From Cyanophora paradoxa CCMP329 (lineage: Eukaryota > Plantae > Glaucophyta): a DNA stretch of 28,531 nucleotides. Numbering within the stretch: position 1 is the stretch's first letter; the number at the start of each line of letters is the position of its first letter. The notes beneath the pieces are model-generated. The model saw only the letters and a program-made list of their open reading frames with translations. It did not search any database and was not told where the DNA came from. Position numbers and translations under genes: made by a program. Positions 21,692 through 28,531 of the stretch are shown in pieces. The DNA is taken from contig QPMI01000253.1 of assembly GCA_004431415.1 (NCBI GenBank), positions 1-28,531 on the forward strand, given 5' to 3'.

Positions 21692-21942
21692 TGTCGGATG
21701 AGAGGATTCCCACCCGTGCAGCGTCCGTGCGGTCACGCACGGGCTGTGGCTGTAGCTGGGAGCACAAGTGGTCTATTCACCAGTGTACCCGTCCAGGATC
21801 GCGTACCCCCAAACGGAGTCGCGCCCGCGCTAAGTCAGAATACAGAGAGTGCTAGAGCTAGCTGCTCGATAGCACTAGACTAGGGCTAGCGCTACGCATA
21901 GACTACGGCTAGCCTAATCCGAGGGAATCGCGGCACGCGACA
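21692..21942 (-). repeat. 5' LTR (251 bp)
   Basis: Near-identical copy of 3703-3952, TG...CA. Confidence 0.97.
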
Positions 21943-21947
21943 GAGTT
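21943..21947. repeat. Right target-site duplication GAGTT
   Basis: Matches 3698-3702 exactly. Confidence 0.95.
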
Positions 21948-22287
21948 CTAGGGTACGGTAGTAACGGCCTAACGCCCGAGTTTTTGTCTCTTGAATCGGT
22001 CAAGTCCTTTTTTGCGCAACGCCTTCCTTGATCATGAATGATGTACTACAGTAGATACCGGGTACCCGCCAGCGACGGGCTGGAGCCTGGCGGCCACGTA
22101 TGCGTGCATCATGGCACCACCTGCTCTGCACTGCAGCTGAGTCTGCAGTCGCCCCTGTCCGCTGCAGCTGCTGAACTCCCGCACACTGCCCCGCGCTCGT
22201 GCAGCGCGCTCGCCATCGGATCATCGCATGGTTCTGATTGCGGGCGGCAGGCAGGGCCAGCCGCAGCCGGCGGGTGGGGCGGCTGCC

Positions 22288-25200
22288 CTACTGGATGGAG
22301 AGGGTCCAGTCGGCGTCGACGGGGGCGGCCGGCTGCCGCAGCGTCAGCCGCCGCGCCGCCGCGTCGTACTCGAACTCGACAGGGTGCGGGGCCCCGCCGG
22401 CGACTGCGATGGAGGCGGCGCGGGGCGCGGCCGGCCAGCCCAGCACCACCACCCGCTCCACTACCGTCCCCGGCGCGAACGTCTCCTGCGCGGCGCGGCC
22501 CGCTCAGGCACGCCGTCGCCGGCGAGGGCGGGGGCGGGGGGCGAGGGCGCGGGGCGGACGGTGCGGGCGGGAGGGGGATCCGGCGCCGGCGGCCTTCGAG
22601 GTGAGGGCCTTGTCTGCGGGGCCGGCCCGGTGAGAATGGCGCGCGTGAGCGGGAGAAGGCGCCCGGCGGGCGGCCCACCGGCGAAGGAGAAGGCGCGGTG
22701 GATGAAGCCGCCGCTGCCGCACCCCGTCAGGCCCGCCGCGCGGGGGCGGGGCGGGGCGGGGCGGAGCGGGGCGGCACCGCTGGTAGGCGTAGGAGCGGCC
22801 GTCGTCGACGTAGAGCTCGCCCTCCGCACGCCCCTGCGCCCCGCCCCGCCTCGCTCGGCCCGGCCCCGCGCGGGCGCCGCGCCGCGCCGGGCGGGGCGGG
22901 GCGGGGCGGACGGCGGAGTCGAGGGCGACGAGGAGGGTGTAGGGGTCGGCGTGGGAGGCGGCCGAGGAGCGGCGCTGGCGCTCGCGGCGCGGCACGACGG
23001 AGCCGCCGCGCTGGAAGACCGGCACCACGTCCAGCGGCGCCTGCACCGTCACCGTCTGCCCGCCCGCCACCGCCGAGCCCTTCCAGTAGTCGTACCACGG
23101 CTGCAAGGGGCGTAAGGGCGGCGGCAGCGCGGGGGGGGGCGTGGAGGCGGACCTGGTCGCCGGGAAGGTAGACGGAGACAGAGGTCTGGCCCTCCTTCAC
23201 GGCCGGCTTGACGAGGATGTCCCGTCCCACCAGCCACTGGTCGTCCATCGCGAACGTCGCCGCGTCCGCCGGGTACTCCGCCCACAGCGGCCTGCCACGG
23301 CGCTCGGCGCGGCGCGCGGGCGGGGCGAGCGAGGGGAGCGGGGTGCTCCGCACCGCATCGGGGGCATGCCGGTGACGTGGGCGGCGCGGAAGAGGGTGTA
23401 CCAGTAGGGGAGGAGGGCGTAGCGGGCCTGGATCGCCGCCCGGATGTGCGACGTGTACGGCTCGCCGAACAGCCACGGCTCCCGCCGCTTCGTGTCTGGC
23501 GACAGCTCAGCCGGGGCCGGCGGAGCGGGGCGGGGCGGGGCACCGATGTGGGCGTGGCCGCGGAAGAAGGGCGTGAAGGCGCCTGCCTGGTACCAGCGGA
23601 CCATCAGCTCCGGGCCCGGGTTGTAGAAGAACCCGCCCACGTCCGCTGCGCGCGCGCGCGAGAGCGAGCGAGCCGCGTCGGCCGGGGCGGCGCGGAGAGG
23701 GGCGGGGGCGGCGGGGCAGCGAAGGCGGGGCGGACCGCCGGAGAAGACGATGCCGGAGAGGGAGAGGGCGAGGAGCATCGGGCTCGCCGCCTCCAAATGC
23801 TCGAACTTGGCCTGCGCCCCGAGGCTCGCGCACGCCCCGGCCCGGCCCGATGGGCCCCGGCGGGGGGCGGCGGCGGGGGGGACCTGGTTGTCGCCGGTCC
23901 AGACGGCGCCGTACTTCTGGGAGCCGGCGAAGAAGGAGCGGGAGAGGACGAAGGGGCGGTCCTGCCGCCCGCTCCGCCGCAGGTGGCCCTCGAACGTCGC
24001 CGCGTTCTGCGCACCGCCACCCGCCCCCTCAGAGGAGAAGGAGGGCGGGGGCGGGGGCGGGGGCGGGGGCGGGGGCGGGGGCGGGGCGGGGGCGGCGGGC
24101 CTGAAGGAAGCCGTACATGTTGTGGACGTCGCGGTGCTCCACGCCGCCCGCGTGCACCGCGTCCTTCGCCGTCTGCAGCTCCGGCCCGTTGAACTGCGTC
24201 GGCTGCGCAAAACGAGCTCAGGGGGGGCGAGGGGGCGGGGTGCGCGGGGCGGGGCGGGCCTCGTTCATGTCGTTCCAGGTGTAGAGGGTCTTGGTGGAGC
24301 CCTTGTACTGGTCGTAGGCGTGCTTGTCCGCGTACCAGCCGCGCACCTCCGGGCTCAGAAAGTCCAGGTACGACACCGAGCCTGCCCGCCCCGCCGCGCA
24401 GCGCGTCAGAGGGGCCAGGCGCGAGCGAGCGGGGCGGGCGGGCGGGGACGGGGGCGGGAACGGGTGCGCACCGGGCCAGCACCAGCCCTCGTAGTCGGAG
24501 CCCTCGGCGGTCTTGATGTAGTAGCCCTTGGAGGTCGCCTCCGAGTGGATGTGGTACCCGCTGTCCCGCTTGATATGCGGGTCGATGATCGTCACCATCT
24601 GCCCCCGGGGCAAGTCAGGCGCCGGCCCGCGGGGCGAGTGAGGAAGCGGGGCGAGCGGGACGGGCGGGGGCGGGGCGGGCCTTGCGGCCGCGGGAGGCGA
24701 GGTCCTCCTGCATGGCGGCGGGGTTGGGGAACTTGGTGGCGTCCCACGTCATGTACCTGCCCCGGCCCCTCAGCGGGGGCCGAGCGCAGCGGGCAAGGCG
24801 GGCTGGGGAGCGGGGGCGCGCTTCTTGCCGTCGGTGTGCTCGATGTCGAGCCAGAGGACGTCGTACGGGATGTCGTTCTCGTCGAAGCCCTGCGCCACCA
24901 CCACCTCAGCCCGGGCGAGAAGGGGCGAGGGGCCGGGGCGGCGGGTTCGGGCGGACGGCGTCGACGGCCTTGACGTCCTCCTCGTTGTTGTAGTTCCAGC
25001 GGCACTGGTGGTACGCCGTCGCGAAGTACTGCGGCATCGCCGGGCGGCCGGTGACGGCCGTGTACTGGCGCTGGACGTCGCCGAAGGAGGGCCCCATCAT
25101 GAAGAAGAGGTCCATCGCCCCGCTCTCCGCCATCCAGTGCGACTCGGGGCCCGGGCCGGCCTGGCCCCGGCAGAAGAGCGCGCCCAGCAGGCACTGCACC

Positions 25201-26398
25201 GGTCAGCCGGCGCGGGGCGGGGGCGGCGGAGCAGAGGGAGGGGCGGGGACCTTCTCGGCGGGCTGCTGGAGGACGTCGACGAACATCTCGCCGGCGTTGA
25301 GCCAGAAGACGGCGCTCGTCTTCTCCGCGTCGTGCCCCAGCATCAGCGGCACCGCCCCGTACAGCCCGATGTTGTTCTCCAGCTCGTACCTGCCCCGGCG
25401 TCGGCGGCGGGGCGCGGCGGGAGGGGAGTGGGGAGCGGCCCGCACTCGAAGATGTCGAGGGTGTAGAGGCGGTACGGCTCCGTCGACTCGCTCACGCCCT
25501 CCCCGCTGCCCCGCGCCCCGTCGCCCGCGCCGGGGCCGGGGCCGGGGCGGGCGCGGCGGGGGTACCGGGTGGGCTTGAGGGCCATGGAGGTGGCGCGCTC
25601 GGGGATGCCGTACACGTGCTTCGCCCCCAGGAACGTGAAATCGGTGCCCATCGACGCGGGGCCTGCGCATCCGGCCCCACCCCGCTCGCAACCGCGCCGC
25701 GCGGCGAGGCGAGGCGGGCGCGGCGCGGCGGGCGCACCGAAGGGCTTCTTGTCGGTGTGCGAGCCGAAGGACTCGGAGCCGGCGCTCTCGAGGCCGCTGG
25801 AGCCGTCGTCGGGGGAGTTGCGCGCGCGCTCCCAGTTGAAGAGGTTCCGCGCGTTCATCACGATGGCCGGGCCCTTCGGGCCGCTCACGGTCAGCCGGAA
25901 CGGCGAGTGCTCGATCTTCACCGACGAGGTGCCGGCGGTCACGACCGTCGCGCCAGCCTGCGGCGGCGTCGGCGGCGCAGGCGGGGGAAGTACTGGAAGG
26001 CCCGAGAGAGTTCGCACCTCAGCGGTCTTGGCGTACTGGGCGACCGATGCCTTGAGGTCCTCCTCCTGCACGACGACTGGCACCTCGAACCGCGGCCGCG
26101 CCGGGTTCACTTCTCGAACGCGCAGGCGGAAAGTGGCATCGCGGTAGGGCGTGAGCTCAAACTGCAGCTTGTTCTCCGCCTGCTCGCTGTGCACAAGCAC
26201 GCCGACTACACTGCTGCCATCGCCAGCGATGCTCTCAGGCAGCACGCTCCACTTGGACGGGTCGCCCGCCTTGTTGAAGCTGCGCTGGCGCTTGCAGAAG
26301 CCGGTATCGCCGCACTTGCGAAACTTGTTGGCTTCGAACGCACTCGCAAGGGCGAGGAACGCGACCAGGGCGACCAGCACCAGCGCCCCGCGACGCAT
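22288..26398 (-). CDS. GANAB: Glucosidase II alpha subunit-like (glycoside hydrolase family 31), ~21 exons
   Basis: Signal peptide then [14 protein letters not shown]; YGIPER; PYRLYTLD; YHQCRWNY; [18 protein letters not shown]; IIDPHIK; WNDMNE (nucleophile); HRDVHNMYG; AVWTGDN (acid/base); ADVGGF; FFRGHAH; GELYVDDG; ends DWTLSIQ* (TAG 22290-22288). Inferred introns: 26017-25958, 25737-25663, 25565-25506, 25445-25390, 25250-25194, 24956-24890, 24821-24757, 24680-24599, 24471-24382, 24259-24203, 24100-24007, 23883-23812, 23735-23646, 23543-23496, 23353-23292, 23152-23101, 22911-22834, 22777-22714, 22678-22614, and one ambiguous near 22590-22486. Confidence 0.95.
24043..24093. repeat. (GGGGGC)n tandem repeat inside a GH31 intron, G-quadruplex-capable
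   Basis: About 8 copies of gggggc on the + strand. Confidence 0.85.
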
Positions 26399-26642
26399 CT
26401 CGGATGGCCCCCGACGGTCCGCGGCCGACTTTCGATCTACTCCGCGTCGAAAGAAAGGGCCTCTGATTGTGCGCTTCTGTGTCCTGCTCGAGATTGTGTA
26501 CCCAGTGCGACGTGCCGTGCCTGTACCCCGCTGAGACGACTGATCTCAAAACCGTGCCGCAGCGCGCGTATGACACGACACTTCACGTTCTAAGACGCTT
26601 TAGCATCTTTTGCGTCAGCAGCATCATTTGCGTCAGTACGCA
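26399..26642. promoter_or_regulatory. Probable compact bidirectional promoter
   Basis: Only 244 bp of lower-GC sequence separates the divergent ATGs of the GH31 and F-box genes. Confidence 0.6.
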
Positions 26643-28374
26643 ATGGGCGAGCTGCTCGAGCTGCCCTCGGAGCTCCTCACGCGCGTGCTGGAGCTCCTCG
26701 GCGCGCGGGACGCGTGGAGGGCGCGCGGAACGAGCCGCGCCGTGCGCGCTGCGGTGGACGGCATCGCCTGGAACGAGCTTGAGGTCCATTACAACATCCC
26801 GGGCGACCCCGACGGTCTTTACAAGTTCGTGTGGATCATGGATTCCACGACAAGGCTCGTCGCGGGCGGGAAACTGCGGCTCGCCCCCTCCGCGACCGTC
26901 GGTCTCGTCGGGAACCTGACCGTCACCGACGACGGCCGCGAGTCCGTCCAGCTGGCCTCCTCGGCGCGCAGACTGCTGCACGCGTGGAGCGCGGCGTGCC
27001 CGGCGCCGGGCCTGCGGAAGGTGCGCGCGGGGTTGGCGCTCAGGCTGCTGGGGCACGCGGCGCGGTCGCCGGGGCCGGCGGCGATGCTCCACTCGGTGAC
27101 CGTGAGCGTGCTCGACGGGCTCTTCCCTGCGGCGGATCGGGAGGAGCGGACGACGGCCCTCTCCTCGCTCAAGCTCGACGTCGTCTTTCCCGACGCCGGG
27201 CCGCACGGCTGGGCGGTTCGTTTGCGCGCCGCCCCCGAGCTCCCCCGCCCGGGAGCAGCGGCCCGAGGCCGGGGCGGGGCAGGTGAGCGCGTCGGACGGG
27301 GCGGTGCTGCGGGCGCTGCTGGCGCCGCACGAGGCGCTGCGGTCGCTGCGGCTGCCGGGCGCGGCGGTGCTGGACCGGCGCGCCCTCGAGTTCCTCGCCG
27401 CGGCGTGCCCGCGCCTGCGCCGCCTGCGCTGCAGCCTCGCGGAGAGGCCGCCCTCGCCGGCGCCGCCCGCCTGCCCCTCAACGAGCTCCTCGTCTGCGCC
27501 TGCGAGGGCCCCACGGCGCCGGCCTCGCCGCCCTCGCCGCCGGCCCCGCCGGCCGCTCCTCCGCGAGTTCGCCCCCTGCGCGCTCTTCGGGCGCGACGCC
27601 GCCGCCGGCGCCGCGGCCGACCTGCCGGGCGCCGCGCGGCCCGACCCGCCCGTCCTCGGGCCGGCCCTGCGCGCCCTCGCCGCCCTCCCCTCCCTCGAGC
27701 ACATCCACGGCTGGCTCCACGTGCGCCGCCCCCCGCGCCCCCGCCCCCGCCCGCCCGAGCCGAGGCGAGGCGGCCTGGCAGCTGGGGCACCTGACGGGGA
27801 TCGGGGAGGGGGACTTCCGGGCGATGGCCGCCGGCTTCCCCCGCCTACGCTCCCTCGCCCTCCGCCTCTACTCCGACGACCAGGCCCGCCCCCGCCCGCG
27901 CACGCCCGCCCCCGCCGCCTTCTCCTCCAACGCCCGGCGGCAGGTCCTGTGGCTGACCGCCGCCCTCCGCGAGTGCCGCTGGCCCCTCGAGCGCCTCGAC
28001 CTCTGCCTCCGTCCGCCCCGCCCCGACGCCCCGCCTTCCTCCCCGCTGTTCGTCCGACCCGGCCGGCGGCAGACGGGGTACAGCTGGAGCGCTGGGCGCC
28101 CCCCCCGCAGTTCGGAGCGGCGGCCCTCTGCGGCCTCGCCGCCGCCGCCGCCGCCCGCTTCCCCTTCTCCTTCTCCCTCTACTCCCAGCGGCCCCTGGAG
28201 CCGCCCCTGCTCGCCGCCCTCGCCGCCCTCGCCCCGCGCCTCGTCGCCGCGCAGATCACCGCCGCGCCCCCCGCCGACGCCGCCGCCGCCGCCGGCCCCC
28301 GCGCCGCCCTCGAGGCCCTCGCCAGCGAGAGCCGCCCCGTCCGCATCCGCCTCTTCGAGCCCCCGCGCGTGTGA
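26643..28374 (+). CDS. F-box-like protein with LRR-like C-terminal part, multi-exon
   Basis: MGELLELPSELLTRVLELLGARDAWRARGTSRAVRAAVDGIAW (F-box-like); LRSLRLP, ACPRLRRL, ALPSLEHI, FPRLRSLAL (LRR-like). Inferred introns 27216-27282, ~27721-27800, 27884-27943 (GC-AG), 28011-28072; apparent single-base frameshifts at 27440-27560; TGA at 28372-28374. Confidence 0.75.
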
Positions 28375-28531
28375 GAAGCGACCCGCCTCGCTCTTTCGAG
28401 ACACGCGTGCCGCGCCGCGGGGCGGGGCGGGGCGGGGCGGGCGGGCCACGAGAAGAGTCAAAAGCCCTCCTCACTTGCCCTTGGTCAAGTTCTGGAACCA
28501 CGAGAAGAATCGGAAGCCCTCCTGAGCGCCC

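Larger units (their letters stand above)
3703..21942 (-). mobile_element. Giant (18.2 kb) Ty3/Gypsy (Metaviridae)-type LTR retrotransposon
   Basis: Direct LTRs at 3703-3952 and 21692-21942 with TGTCG...CGACA termini, 5-bp TSD, PPT, and minus-strand domain order gag zinc knuckle > PR > RT > RH > IN (Ty3/Gypsy order). Confidence 0.96.

Noticed and set aside
22038-28525. Long Arg/Gly/Pro-rich ORFs opposite or overlapping the GH31 and F-box genes
   Set aside because: Artefacts of very high GC content and stop-poor introns.
1-28531. CRISPR array, rRNA or prokaryotic operon
   Set aside because: No spaced repeat array or rRNA-like sequence seen; gene structure is spliceosomal and eukaryotic.

Overview
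GC-rich eukaryotic genomic DNA, probably from a protist or alga. The short C-rich introns and F-box gene style resemble the glaucophyte Cyanophora paradoxa (inference from memory, not a search). The window is dominated by one very large Ty3/Gypsy-type LTR retrotransposon on the minus strand (3703-21942, 18,240 bp). It has short ~250-bp TG...CA LTRs and a perfect 5-bp target-site duplication (GAGTT). It carries gag-like zinc knuckles at ~19.6-19.85 kb and protease-RT-RNase H-integrase at ~10.35-4.6 kb. Between gag and protease lie ~9.3 kb (~3,100 codons) of same-strand coding sequence with no family I recognise, including an Arg/Ser-rich tract. The two LTRs differ essentially only in homopolymer length, so the many frameshifts look like sequencing errors and the element may be young and intact. 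Flanking host genes are a multi-exon secreted NHL/beta-propeller-like plus mucin-like gene (<1-3270, -), a 20-intron GH31 glucosidase II alpha-subunit gene (22288-26398, -) with several GC-AG introns, and a divergent F-box-like gene (26643-28374, +).
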